Shown here in pieces: positions 1 to 8,880 of a stretch of 32,000 nt of DNA. The stretch spans positions 73,625 to 105,624 of the forward strand of contig JAZUKI010000003.1 of NCBI GenBank assembly GCA_045643205.1. The letters run 5' to 3'. How positions within the stretch are numbered: position 1 is the first letter of the stretch; each line of letters starts with the position of its first letter. The stretch is from Clostridia bacterium (lineage in GTDB: Bacteria; Bacillota; Clostridia; TANB77; CAG-508). The notes under the pieces were generated by a model. The model was not told the origin of the DNA and ran no database searches. It saw only the letters and a program-made list of their open reading frames with translations. The translations under genes and the position numbers were made by a program.

Positions 1-200
1 AAACAATCAATTTCTCTTACTATATGGCCTTTACTACTTCCACCAATATGTGGATTACATGGCATATTTGCTATACATTCTAAGCTAATAGAAAACACTA
101 GTGTTTTCATTCCTAATCTTGCTGCTGCTAATCCTGCTTCACATCCTGCATGACCTGCTCCTATTACTGCTACATCATACTTTCCAGCGTAATAACTCAT
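1..200 (-). CDS. mnmG: MnmG (GidA) tRNA uridine modification enzyme, N-terminal 66 codons only; the gene runs off the left edge
   Basis: Reverse complement from the ATG at 200 reads [65 protein letters not shown]. This shows the FAD-binding GxGxxG and the MPCNP.IGG motif typical of MnmG. It lies in the canonical position downstream of mnmE. It is absent from the ORF track because it is truncated. Confidence 0.85.
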   Translation of the reverse strand, partial: MSYYAGKYDVAVIGAGHAGCEAGLAAARLGMKTLVFSISLECIANMPCNPHIGGSSKGHIVREIDC

Positions 201-404
201 TTTTCTTCCTCTTTCTTTTATATTTTTTTCTTTATATTCTTTTATTTTTATTATTTTGCCTATTTGTTAATTTATATTTACTATGTTCTTGATTTTTATG
301 AAACAAAAACAAATATACATTTTAAAAACTCCTGTTTCCGTAACCCCTTTTATCTATTGCTTTACACATTATTTTGTTGTTTTGTTTTGTCATTTTAATT
401 AGAA

Positions 405-1772
405 CTATTTTCCTAGACAAAAATTCTTAAATATCTCATTAATAATGTCTTCTGAAATATTTCTACCTGTTATTTCTCCTAAATCTTCTAATGCTTGTTT
501 AATATATATAGCTGAAATATCTACTGGTGTATCAATCTCTAGAGAATCAATAGCTTGAGATACATTATTTATTGCTTTTTGTATTTGGTTTTTATGTCTT
601 TCATTTGTAATTATGATTTCATTATTTTCTGATATTTCATTTAATTTGAACATTTCTTCTATTTTTGAATATAGTTCTTCTATTCCTTCTCCTGTTAATG
701 CTGATACTTTTATTATTGGTTTACCTGTTTCTTTTAACTTTGCTTCTAATTCATTGTTTTCTTCATCTATATCATTTTTATTTATTATTATAATTGTGTT
801 TTTATCTTCTATTATTTTGATAATTTCTTCATCTTCATCATCAAATTTTCTTGATTTATCAAACAATGAAATTAGTAATTCTGCTTCATTTGCTAGTTTT
901 TTTGCCTTTTTGACACCTATTTTTTCAATCTCATTTTCTGTGTTTCTTATTCCTGCTGTATCTACTAAATTTAAAATTATTCCATTTACATTTAATTGTT
1001 CTTCTATTGTATCTCTTGTTGTGCCTTCTATATTGCTTACTATTGCTCTATCTTCTTTTAATAGTGCATTTAATAGTGATGACTTTCCTGCATTAGGTTT
1101 TCCTAATATTACTGTTCTTATTCCGTTTTTTAATAGCTTTCCTTGATTAAAACTATTTTTTAATTTATCCAAATCTTCTCTTATTTCTTTTAGTTCTTTT
1201 ACTGCATCTCTATTAGCAACTTCTTCTATATCATATTCCGGATAATCTACGGTTACTTCAATTGCAGTGATTGTACTAAATAATTTTTGTTCAATATTAT
1301 CTATCTTTTTTGATAAACTTCCTTCTAGTTGTTTTGCAGATTCTTTAGATTCTTTTTCTGTTTTAGAATTAATTAAATCCATTACTGCTTCTGCTTGAGA
1401 TAAATCGATTCTCCCATTTAAAAACGCTCTTTTAGTGAATTCTCCTGGTGTTGCAAGCTCAGCTCCATTCTTTAAACATAATTCTAATATTTTTCTTTCA
1501 ACTACCATTCCACCATGTGTGTTTATTTCGCACATATTTTCCTTTGTAAAGCTTTTTGGTGCGACAAAGTATGAAACTAAGACCTCATCTATAAAAACGT
1601 CTTTATCGACAATTTTGCCGTATTTAATGGTATATCCTTTTATTTCTTCTGAACTGTTCTTTGGAATAAATATTTTATTTAGTATTTCAAAACATTCTTT
1701 TCCTGACATTCTAACAATTCCTATTCCCCCATTTCCTTGAGCTGTAGAAATTGCACAAATTGTATTACTCAT
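405..1772 (-). CDS. mnmE: tRNA modification GTPase MnmE (TrmE)
   Basis: Track ORF 405..1784. It has G1 GKPNAGKSS, G3 DTAGIR, G4 NKND and the C-terminal CLGK characteristic of MnmE. I place the start at the second ATG (1772, MSNTICAIST) because GGAGG lies 5 nt upstream of it. The ATG at 1784 has no SD. Confidence 0.93.
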   Translation of the reverse strand: MSNTICAISTAQGNGGIGIVRMSGKECFEILNKIFIPKNSSEEIKGYTIKYGKIVDKDVFIDEVLVSYFVAPKSFTKENMCEINTHGGMVVERKILELCLKNGAELATPGEFTKRAFLNGRIDLSQAEAVMDLINSKTEKESKESAKQLEGSLSKKIDNIEQKLFSTITAIEVTVDYPEYDIEEVANRDAVKELKEIREDLDKLKNSFNQGKLLKNGIRTVILGKPNAGKSSLLNALLKEDRAIVSNIEGTTRDTIEEQLNVNGIILNLVDTAGIRNTENEIEKIGVKKAKKLANEAELLISLFDKSRKFDDEDEEIIKIIEDKNTIIIINKNDIDEENNELEAKLKETGKPIIKVSALTGEGIEELYSKIEEMFKLNEISENNEIIITNERHKNQIQKAINNVSQAIDSLEIDTPVDISAIYIKQALEDLGEITGRNISEDIINEIFKNFCLGK

Positions 1773-1810
1773 AGATTCCTCCATAAATTAAAAAAGAGAT
1801 CAAATTTCAA

Positions 1811-1871
1811 ATTTATGAAACATACAATAATCCTAATAATTAGGCTATTCTTTAATAATTGTTTCATAAAT
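1811..1871. repeat. Perfect 12-bp inverted repeat (ATTTATGAAACA / TGTTTCATAAAT) enclosing a small inner hairpin (CCTAA-TAA-TTAGG), in the jag-mnmE spacer
   Basis: Arms at 1811-1822 and 1860-1871 were read directly. The inner stem is at 1832-1844. This could be an intercistronic RNA structure or processing site. No adjacent U-run, so it is not a clear terminator. Confidence 0.5.
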
Positions 1872-1908
1872 ACGACCTTTGACCTCGATATTTATAAATT
1901 ATTTAATT

Positions 1909-2607
1909 TTATTTCTTTTCAATAACAAGTTTTCTATGTGGTTCTTCGCCAATACTATATGTTGTAACTATTTTACTGTTTTGTAATGCTGTATGTAAAA
2001 TTTTTCTTTCATATGCTGGCATTGGTTCTAATGTAATTTTCTTACCTGTTCTTTTTACTGTTTTTTCAAGTTTTTCAGCTAATTCTTTTAATGTTTTTTC
2101 TCTTTTATTTCTATATCCTTGAATATCTACTGAAACTCTTACTCTTAAATCTGTATCTTTGTTTCCTATTGTTGAAACTAAATTTTGAATTGAGTTTATT
2201 ACTTCTCCTCTATATCCAATTAATTTAGTGTTTTCATCATCATTAATTATTACTTTTAAATCTTTTTCAACTTGTTCAATTTCAAAAGTTATATCAGCAT
2301 ATGCTTTGCAGAAACTTTCTAAGAATTTGCTAATATTTTCTTTACATTTATCAACATCTTCTTGTGTAGGTTCTTTTCTTTCTTTCTTGACAGGTTCTTG
2401 ATTTTCAGGTTTTTTAGCAACTGCATCTTCTCTGACAGTTAATTCTACTTTAACTACTCTTGGTGCTAATATACTAAAAAATGTTTTTTTATCTTCTTCT
2501 TCAAGAATTTTAATATCTACGCAATCCTTTGTTAGTCCTAATTCTTTAAGTCCTTTTTCAATTGCTTCTGTAGAAGTTTTTCCTTCAACAACTATTGATT
2601 TACCCAT
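1909..2607 (-). CDS. jag: Jag/KhpB-type RNA-binding protein (Jag_N, KH-like and R3H domains)
   Basis: KH-like GYRGEVINSIQNLV and R3H-like EPMPAYERKILHTALQ. GGAGG lies 5 nt upstream of the ATG. Conserved position between yidC and mnmE. Confidence 0.85.
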   Translation of the reverse strand: MGKSIVVEGKTSTEAIEKGLKELGLTKDCVDIKILEEEDKKTFFSILAPRVVKVELTVREDAVAKKPENQEPVKKERKEPTQEDVDKCKENISKFLESFCKAYADITFEIEQVEKDLKVIINDDENTKLIGYRGEVINSIQNLVSTIGNKDTDLRVRVSVDIQGYRNKREKTLKELAEKLEKTVKRTGKKITLEPMPAYERKILHTALQNSKIVTTYSIGEEPHRKLVIEKK

Positions 2608-2616
2608 TCTATCCTC

Positions 2617-3732
2617 CTAATTATTGTCTTCTTTATCAATAATTTTATTTACTACTATTCTTTCAATTAAGTTTAATAAATTACTTGTTAACCAATATAA
2701 TGAAAGTCCTAAAGGTGCTATCATTGAAATCATTATAGACATTATTGGCATTAAAAAGTTCATTCCTTTTGACATTCCTAATGTACCTTCTTCAAAGTCA
2801 TCAGTTTCTTGATCAGCTTTTTTAATTTTTTCGAACTCTTTAATTTTCTTGTTTTTCTCTTCTCCGTCTTCTAATTCATCTATTTCAGCTTGAATTTTTT
2901 CATATCTTCTAGCTAATTCTGCACTTCTTCTTTCTTTCTTTTCTTTGCTTGTTTTTTGTTGTAATACTGTTGTGTATTTCATATTAACTAAAGTAACTAT
3001 TAAATATAAAATAGGTAAAATTAATACTTTAAAATCTTGCCAATTACTCATTGGAACTGCTGTTAAATCAAGGCCTAAGAAGCTCATATTTATATTTACT
3101 TCTTCATCTGTTGATCCAAATTTTTCAATGATTTTTATTTCTTCATAATTTGATTGTTGTTTAGTTTCTTCTGATTTGTTTTCATTGTTTTCTGTTTTAT
3201 TTTCTGTATTTTCTTCTTTGTTCTCTTCTTTATTTTCTACGTTTTGATCTTTATTCTCTTCTTTATTTTCTTTTTCTGAATCTTTATTTTCAGATTCTTC
3301 TTTGTTTTCAGTTTTTTCTGTACTATCTACTTGTACTGTTTGTATTTTATTTTTGTAGTCTTCTATTTTATTACTATCAATTTTTTTCATAAATGTTAAT
3401 GGCTTTGAAACTAAATAGAATACTGCTATAAATATAACTAATTGTAATATTGTACTTAAGCAACCAGAAAAAGGACTAATTCCTTCTCTTTTATATAAAG
3501 CCATAGTCTCTTGTTGAAGTTTTTCTTGATCGTTTCTGTACTTGAATTGTAGATTTTTCATCTCTTCTTGTACTTTTTGAGTCTTTTTCATACTCTTTTG
3601 TTGTTTGTATGATAATGGTAACATTATTAACTTCAATAATAATGAAAATAATAAAATTGCTACACCATAATTTTGTACTAAATTATATAACCAATTTAAT
3701 ACATATCCAAATAAACTTGCTAACCAATCCAT
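2617..3732 (-). CDS. yidC: YidC/Oxa1-family membrane protein insertase with two large low-complexity loop insertions
   Basis: N-terminal TM plus LPL..KQ.KSM and a coiled C1 hairpin. Also GISPFSGCL and terminal TMs LMPIMSIMISMIAPLGLSLYW. AAGGAG SD. Conserved synteny with yidD and rnpA. Confidence 0.9.
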   Translation of the reverse strand: MDWLASLFGYVLNWLYNLVQNYGVAILLFSLLLKLIMLPLSYKQQKSMKKTQKVQEEMKNLQFKYRNDQEKLQQETMALYKREGISPFSGCLSTILQLVIFIAVFYLVSKPLTFMKKIDSNKIEDYKNKIQTVQVDSTEKTENKEESENKDSEKENKEENKDQNVENKEENKEENTENKTENNENKSEETKQQSNYEEIKIIEKFGSTDEEVNINMSFLGLDLTAVPMSNWQDFKVLILPILYLIVTLVNMKYTTVLQQKTSKEKKERRSAELARRYEKIQAEIDELEDGEEKNKKIKEFEKIKKADQETDDFEEGTLGMSKGMNFLMPIMSIMISMIAPLGLSLYWLTSNLLNLIERIVVNKIIDKEDNN

Positions 3733-3750
3733 GCGAACTCCTTAAAATAT

Positions 3751-3960
3751 TTATTTTACTGGATCATATCCACCTTTTGAAAATGGATTACATCTCAATA
3801 TTCTCCAAGTTCCTTTTATTATTCCTCTAAATGCTCCATACTTCTCTATCGCCTGTTTTGTATATTCTGAACAAGTTGGATAGTATTTACAATGAGGTTT
3901 TGTTCTTGAAGAAATATGTTTTTGATAAAAATTAATTAATTTTATAAAAAATTTTTTCAT
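3751..3960 (-). CDS. yidD: membrane protein insertion efficiency factor YidD
   Basis: 69 aa with CKYYPTCSEYTKQAIEKYG and LRCNPFSKGGYDPV, the YidD signature. Located directly downstream of rnpA. Confidence 0.9.
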   Translation of the reverse strand: MKKFFIKLINFYQKHISSRTKPHCKYYPTCSEYTKQAIEKYGAFRGIIKGTWRILRCNPFSKGGYDPVK

Positions 3961-3969
3961 AATTAATTC

Positions 3970-4314
3970 CTAATCTTCATTTAAAATTTGAACCTTTTTA
4001 AATGTTTTATATAGTTCTTCCTTAATAATTTCATATGATACATCTTCTATATTTGATTTTTTATTCCAAGTAAAAACTATATCTAATGATTCATTTTTTA
4101 ATTCAAAACTTTGATATGCACTTCTAATCAATCTTTTAATATGATTGCGTTTAACTGCATGTCCTAGCTTTGTACTTACGGCTATACCTATTCTATTGTA
4201 ACCAAGATTATTTTTTAATGTATATATAATAACCTGATTATTTACAAAGTATCTCCCCTTATCAAAAACATTTTTGAATTCATAATTCATTTTTAATGTT
4301 TTTATCTTTTTCAT
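3970..4314 (-). CDS. rnpA: ribonuclease P protein component
   Basis: 114 aa basic protein with the RNR-like motif AVKRNHIKRLIR. Located downstream of rpmH. Confidence 0.9.
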   Translation of the reverse strand: MKKIKTLKMNYEFKNVFDKGRYFVNNQVIIYTLKNNLGYNRIGIAVSTKLGHAVKRNHIKRLIRSAYQSFELKNESLDIVFTWNKKSNIEDVSYEIIKEELYKTFKKVQILNED

Positions 4315-4350
4315 TGTTTTACCTTTACATAATCACATAATTAAAATCTT

Positions 4351-4379
4351 AAAAAAGGTCACATAGTTGATGTGACCTT
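4351..4379 (-). terminator. hairpin plus U-run between rpmH and rnpA (partial terminator or attenuator)
   Basis: The minus strand reads AAGGTCACAT-CAAC-TATGTGACCTT followed by TTTTTT. Confidence 0.5.
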
Positions 4380-4394
4380 ATTAATATATGTGAC

Positions 4395-4529
4395 TTAAGC
4401 ACTAATCTTTTTTCTTCCTTTAGCACGTCTTGCACTTAAAACTTTTCTTCCTGTTGTAGAAGCCATTCTAGCTCTAAAACCATGAACTTTTTGAGTTTGT
4501 CTCTTTTTTGGTTGAAATGTTTGCTTCAT
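4395..4529 (-). CDS. rpmH: 50S ribosomal protein L34
   Basis: The minus-strand translation is [44 protein letters not shown] (44 aa). GGAGG SD upstream. Too short for the ORF track. Confidence 0.92.
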   Translation of the reverse strand: MKQTFQPKKRQTQKVHGFRARMASTTGRKVLSARRAKGRKKISA

Positions 4530-4706
4530 GTTTTTTACCTCCATCTTAATAATTATATTAAAGTTAGTTTTAAATTTTGCCGTTAAAAATTATGTAAAAT
4601 TATAAACCAACTTGTATTTAAAAATAGCGATTTATATTATATAATACATACGGCTACAATGTCAAGAAAAATGGCTATAAAAAAGACTTTTTTATTTTTT
4701 TAACTA

Positions 4707-4736
4707 TTGACTATATGGTACATTTTTTGATAATAT
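4707..4736 (+). promoter_or_regulatory. candidate sigma-A promoter of dnaA
   Basis: TTGACT at 4707-4712, an 18-nt spacer ending in TG, and TAATAT at 4731-4736 (extended -10). Confidence 0.45.
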
Positions 4737-4827
4737 AGGCATGTATATTTTACTAAAGAAAAAATGTTATTTAATGCAATTTATATGCCTCTAAATAACG
4801 TTTTTATTTTTATGAAAGGAGTTTATT

Positions 4828-6159
4828 GTGGATAATATAAATGATCTTTTAATTAAAGCAAAAGAATTATTAAGAAATGAAACAACAGAAATAACTTATG
4901 CTACATGGATTCAACCACTTGAAATTAAAAGCTTTAATGATAATACAATTATATTAATTGCATCTAATTCTTTTCAAATAGATACAATAGAAACTAGATA
5001 TATAGATTTAATAACTAATACATTTAATTATATTACTAATAAAAAATGTAAAGTTCTTATAAAATTAGAAAGTGAAGCAATAGAGGATACAGTACCTGAA
5101 AATAATAATGTTTTTGTTAATAATAAAACTATATTAAACTCAGGTTTAAATCCTAAATATACATTTGATACATTCGTAGTAGGAAATAATAATAAATTTG
5201 CTCAAGCAGCAGCTATGGGGGTAGCTGAAAATCCAGGATCAAAATATAATCCATTTTTTATATTTGGAGGAGTAGGTCTTGGTAAGACTCACTTAATGCA
5301 AGCCATCGGAAATGAGGTTTTGAGAAACAATCCTAACGCATCAGTTTTATATATTTCATCTGAAAACTTCACAAATCAATTGATTAATGCATTAAAAGAT
5401 CAGTCTATGGATAAATTTAGAGATAAATACAGAAATATAGATGTTCTATTAATAGATGATATTCAATTTATAGCAGGAAAGAAGAGTACTCAAGAAGAAT
5501 TCTTTAATACATTTAATGCTTTATATGATGCTCAAAAACAAATTATACTTTCTTGTGATAGACCACCTAGAGAAATTGATTTATTAGATGATAGACTTCG
5601 TTCAAGATTTGAGTGGGGAATAACAGCCGATATTCAAAGTCCTGATTATGAAACAAGATTAGCAATATTAAGAAAGAAAATTCAATTAGAATCAATTGTT
5701 ATTGATGATGAAATACTTTCATTAATTGCTACTAAAGTAGATTCAAATATTAGGGAACTTGAAGGTATCATAAATAAATTAATTGCAAAAGCATCACTTA
5801 CAGAAACTCAAATTACAATAGAGATGGCACAAAGGGCAATAGATGATATAAAAGGGGAGACTAAAGTTATTTCATCTGATTATATACAAGATATTATAGC
5901 TAAATATTTTAATATTAGTGTTAATGATTTAAAAGGTCAAAAGAGATCTAACGATGTTACTTTTCCTAGACAAATTGCTATGTATTTATGTAGAAATGTT
6001 GCTCAAATGTCAATGCCTCAAATAGGTAGGGATTTCGGTAATAGAGACCATTCAACAGTAATGCATGCATGTACAAAAATAGAAAAAGAAATTAAAACAA
6101 ATAGTAATACAAAATTGATTGTGGAAAGTGTTAAAAATTTATTATTATCTAATAAATAA
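4828..6159 (+). CDS. dnaA: chromosomal replication initiator DnaA
   Basis: GTG start with an AAAGGAG SD. Walker A GGVGLGKTHL, Walker B LLIDDIQF, and the C-terminal DNA-binding helix region DHSTVMHA. Confidence 0.97.
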   Translation: MDNINDLLIKAKELLRNETTEITYATWIQPLEIKSFNDNTIILIASNSFQIDTIETRYIDLITNTFNYITNKKCKVLIKLESEAIEDTVPENNNVFVNNKTILNSGLNPKYTFDTFVVGNNNKFAQAAAMGVAENPGSKYNPFFIFGGVGLGKTHLMQAIGNEVLRNNPNASVLYISSENFTNQLINALKDQSMDKFRDKYRNIDVLLIDDIQFIAGKKSTQEEFFNTFNALYDAQKQIILSCDRPPREIDLLDDRLRSRFEWGITADIQSPDYETRLAILRKKIQLESIVIDDEILSLIATKVDSNIRELEGIINKLIAKASLTETQITIEMAQRAIDDIKGETKVISSDYIQDIIAKYFNISVNDLKGQKRSNDVTFPRQIAMYLCRNVAQMSMPQIGRDFGNRDHSTVMHACTKIEKEIKTNSNTKLIVESVKNLLLSNK

Positions 6160-6261
6160 TTGATAAATGAATAAAAATTTAGGTTACATTAAAATATATG
6201 TTCGGTAAAAAAATGTTTCATTATAAAACCTCAAATAAGCCTTACGGAAACAATTGATTAG

Positions 6262-6451
6262 TTATCCACATACAGTTGTGGATACGATGTGTAAAATATG
6301 TTAATAACCATCAAAAAAATATTACAAATTAATAGTGTGAAAAACTAAAAATTTTATACACAAACTTATCAACATTAATTTAGGTTGAAATATAAATGAA
6401 TAAATGAGTTATCCACATAATTAACATTACCTACTAATACTATTACTATAA
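6262..6451. other. candidate oriC core: DnaA-box cluster plus DnaA-trio-like NTA repeats in the dnaA-dnaN spacer
   Basis: Perfect TTATCCACA at 6262-6270 and 6409-6417. TGTGGATAc at 6277-6285 forms an 8-bp palindrome with the first box. TTATCaACA at 6366-6374. CTA CTA ATA CTA TTA CTA at 6431-6448 is followed by an AT-rich tract. Confidence 0.65.
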
Positions 6452-6485
6452 AAATAAAATTATTTAACAGAAAAGGAGAAATTCA

Positions 6486-7613
6486 ATGAAATTTGTTGTC
6501 GAAAAGGATAAATTACTTAAAGCCGTTAATTCCGTAGCTAAAGCTGTAGCTGTTAGAACAACTACACCTATATTAGAAGGAATATTAATTCAAACAAATG
6601 ATAACAACGATATTAAATTAACATGTTATGATCAAGAATTAGGTATTGAATACATTATTAAAGATTGTGATGTAAAAGAACAAGGTGCAATAGTTGTTAA
6701 TGCAACAATGTTTGGAGAAATAATAAGAAAATTACCTGATGCTGATATAGATATAGAAGTAAATAATAAAAACTTATTAGTAATAGAATGTGAAAATTCA
6801 TTATATAAATTAGCAACAATGAATGCAGATGAATATCCTGAATTACCAGAATTCACAGTTGAGAACACAGTAACAATAGAACAAAATACATTAAAAGATA
6901 TAATTACAAAAACAATTTTTGCTATATCTATAGAAGAAAATAGACCTATTTTTACAGGATGTTTATTTGAAATAAAAAATAATATATTAAATGTAGTAGC
7001 TGTTGATGGATTTAGATTAGCTTGGAAACAAAAAAATCTAACAGATAGTGTAAAAGATTTTTCAGCAGTTATTCCAGGAAGAACTTTATCAGAAGTAAAT
7101 AAAATAATAGCTGATAATTTAGATACAGTTAAAATAGGTGTTTCTAAAAACCAAGCATTATTTGAAATAGAAAATTGTAAGATAGTTACTAGATTATTAG
7201 AAGGAGAATTCTTAAATTATTCAAAAGTTATACCAGAACAATGGGAAACAAGAGTTAGAGTTAATAGAGCTTTAGTTATGAATTGTTTTGATAGAATTAG
7301 TTTAATTTCTTCATCAAGTATAGAAAAAGAAAAGAAGTATCCAGTTAAAATAAATGTAGATACTAAAGGAATAAAAATTTCATGTACTAATCAAACAGGT
7401 GATGCTAAAGAAGAATTAATAGTTACTACAGAAGGTAAAGAATTAGAAGCAGGATTTAATCCTAAATATTTCTTAGATGTTTTAAGAAATATAGATGACG
7501 AAGAAGTATATATTGATTTTGGAACAGCAATTTCACCATGTATAGTAAGAAGTGTTGAAGATGATGGTGATTATAAATATATGATTCTTCCAATTAGATT
7601 AAAAAATGATTAA
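6486..7613 (+). CDS. dnaN: DNA polymerase III beta sliding clamp
   Basis: 375 aa, with AAAGGAG SD. Typical three-domain length, a C-terminal MILPIRL-type ending, and the expected position after dnaA. Confidence 0.95.
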   Translation: MKFVVEKDKLLKAVNSVAKAVAVRTTTPILEGILIQTNDNNDIKLTCYDQELGIEYIIKDCDVKEQGAIVVNATMFGEIIRKLPDADIDIEVNNKNLLVIECENSLYKLATMNADEYPELPEFTVENTVTIEQNTLKDIITKTIFAISIEENRPIFTGCLFEIKNNILNVVAVDGFRLAWKQKNLTDSVKDFSAVIPGRTLSEVNKIIADNLDTVKIGVSKNQALFEIENCKIVTRLLEGEFLNYSKVIPEQWETRVRVNRALVMNCFDRISLISSSSIEKEKKYPVKINVDTKGIKISCTNQTGDAKEELIVTTEGKELEAGFNPKYFLDVLRNIDDEEVYIDFGTAISPCIVRSVEDDGDYKYMILPIRLKND

Positions 7614-7621
7614 TTAAGAAT

Positions 7622-7670
7622 AAGTTATTCACAATCTTTTTACTAATTGTGGATAACTTATTTTATTTTT
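7622..7670 (+). terminator. dnaN terminator hairpin whose two arms are DnaA boxes
   Basis: AAGTTATTCACAAT (7622-7635) pairs with ATTGTGGATAACTT (7646-7659), with one G-U position, followed by TATTTTATTTTT. The arms contain TTATtCACA (7625-7633) and a perfect TGTGGATAA (7648-7656). Confidence 0.6.
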
Positions 7671-7681
7671 AAAGGATAACA

Positions 7682-8728
7682 ATGTTTATAAAAAATATTA
7701 ATGTAGAAAATTTTCGTAATTATGAAAATGAATTAATTGAATTTAATAAAAATATAAATGTTATTTATGGAAATAATGCTCAAGGAAAAACAAATATACT
7801 TGAAGCAATATTTTTTAGTGCCTTTGGAAAATCTTTTAGAACATCAAAAGAAAAACAAGTTATAATGAAAGAAAAAGAATATTTTAAAATTCATACTGAA
7901 TTTCAAAAGAAAGATAGAGATGGAAGTGTGGATTTGTTCCTAGGAGAAGATAAATCAATTTCTGTAAATGGTGTTAAGTTAAATAAATTAAGTGAATTAT
8001 TAGGAAATATAAATATTGTAATTTTTTCACCAGAAGATATTAATTTATTAAAAGATGAATCAGCAGTTAGAAGAAAATTTTTAGATATGATGATTAGTCA
8101 ATTAAGAAAAAATTATATTTATAATTTAAATAATTATAAAAGAAATTTGGAGCAAAAAAATAATTACTTAAAATCTAGAAATGTTTCTGATGCAATGTTA
8201 GATGTATATGATGAAAAATTAGCTGAATATTCAGAAAATGTTTATCAATATAGAAATGAATTTATAGAAAAGATAAAAGAAAAAATAAAAGAGATTCATA
8301 ATAAAATTACTGATGAAGAAATTTCAATAATATATAAAACAGATTGTAGTTCAAAAGAAAGTTGTTTAGAAAAATTAAAAAAGAATAGGGAGAAAGATAA
8401 GTATAGAGGTTTCTCATCTGTTGGTTGCCATAGAGATGACTTTAAAATTTTAATAAATGGAGATGAAGTTGATATTTATGGTTCTCAAGGACAAAATAGA
8501 ACTGCAATATTATCATTAAAAATGGCAGAATTAGAAGTTATAAATGATGAAATAGGGGAATATCCTATTTTATTACTTGATGACTTTATGTCAGAACTTG
8601 ATCAAGATAGAATAACTAACTTTTTAAAGAACATAAATAACATACAGGTAATAATAACATGTACAGAAAAAATTGATTTAGAAAATAGTGTTAATTTTTA
8701 TGTAAACAATGGTAAAATTTTGTTGTAA
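7682..8728 (+). CDS. recF: DNA replication and repair protein RecF
   Basis: Walker A GNNAQGKTN, signature GSQGQNRTA and Walker B LLLDDFMSELD. Confidence 0.9.
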   Translation: MFIKNINVENFRNYENELIEFNKNINVIYGNNAQGKTNILEAIFFSAFGKSFRTSKEKQVIMKEKEYFKIHTEFQKKDRDGSVDLFLGEDKSISVNGVKLNKLSELLGNINIVIFSPEDINLLKDESAVRRKFLDMMISQLRKNYIYNLNNYKRNLEQKNNYLKSRNVSDAMLDVYDEKLAEYSENVYQYRNEFIEKIKEKIKEIHNKITDEEISIIYKTDCSSKESCLEKLKKNREKDKYRGFSSVGCHRDDFKILINGDEVDIYGSQGQNRTAILSLKMAELEVINDEIGEYPILLLDDFMSELDQDRITNFLKNINNIQVIITCTEKIDLENSVNFYVNNGKILL

Positions 8729-8756
8729 TATCAAGGTTTTAAGAGTATAAAAATGC

Positions 8757-8785
8757 TTGACAAAAAGGTTTTTTAAACATATAAT
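8757..8785 (+). promoter_or_regulatory. consensus sigma-A promoter upstream of gyrB
   Basis: TTGACA at 8757-8762, a 17-nt spacer, and TATAAT at 8780-8785. Confidence 0.6.
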
Positions 8786-8880
8786 ATGAAAGGTTAGAAA
8801 AGCTTGATTTTATTATAGTTTTAAGCATTTTTAAGGTGTAAAAAATTAAGTATAATTTTAACATAAAAACGGAGGATTTA

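Noticed and set aside
101-398. Two overlapping plus-strand ORFs (63 and 82 aa) with Phe/Leu/Ile/Tyr-rich translations.
   Set aside because: The first overlaps the 5' end of the minus-strand mnmG CDS, and both extend into the T-rich spacer. There is no SD, and the low-complexity hydrophobic translation is typical of T-rich non-coding strands.
613-1740. Antisense ORFs inside mnmE (613..1146 and 1435..1740). The same situation applies elsewhere: 2624..2812, 2945..3148 and 3609..3830 in yidC/yidD; 6632..6868 in dnaN; 9107..9319, 9939..10157 and 10596..10862 in gyrB; 11860..12120 and 12823..13080 in the VirB4-like gene; 13801..13995; 15622..16206 in gyrA; 25197..25388; 26358..26540; 29718..29915; and 30507..31100 in the ABC-F gene.
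   Set aside because: Each lies fully or largely within a confidently identified gene on the other strand or in another frame. Each has a Ser/Phe/Ile-rich low-complexity translation and no SD. These are shadow ORFs.
4530-4827. The rpmH-dnaA spacer, examined as a second (upstream) oriC half with DnaA boxes.
   Set aside because: I found no 9-mer within one mismatch of TTATCCACA on either strand by eye. The spacer appears to hold only the divergent rpmH and dnaA promoters.
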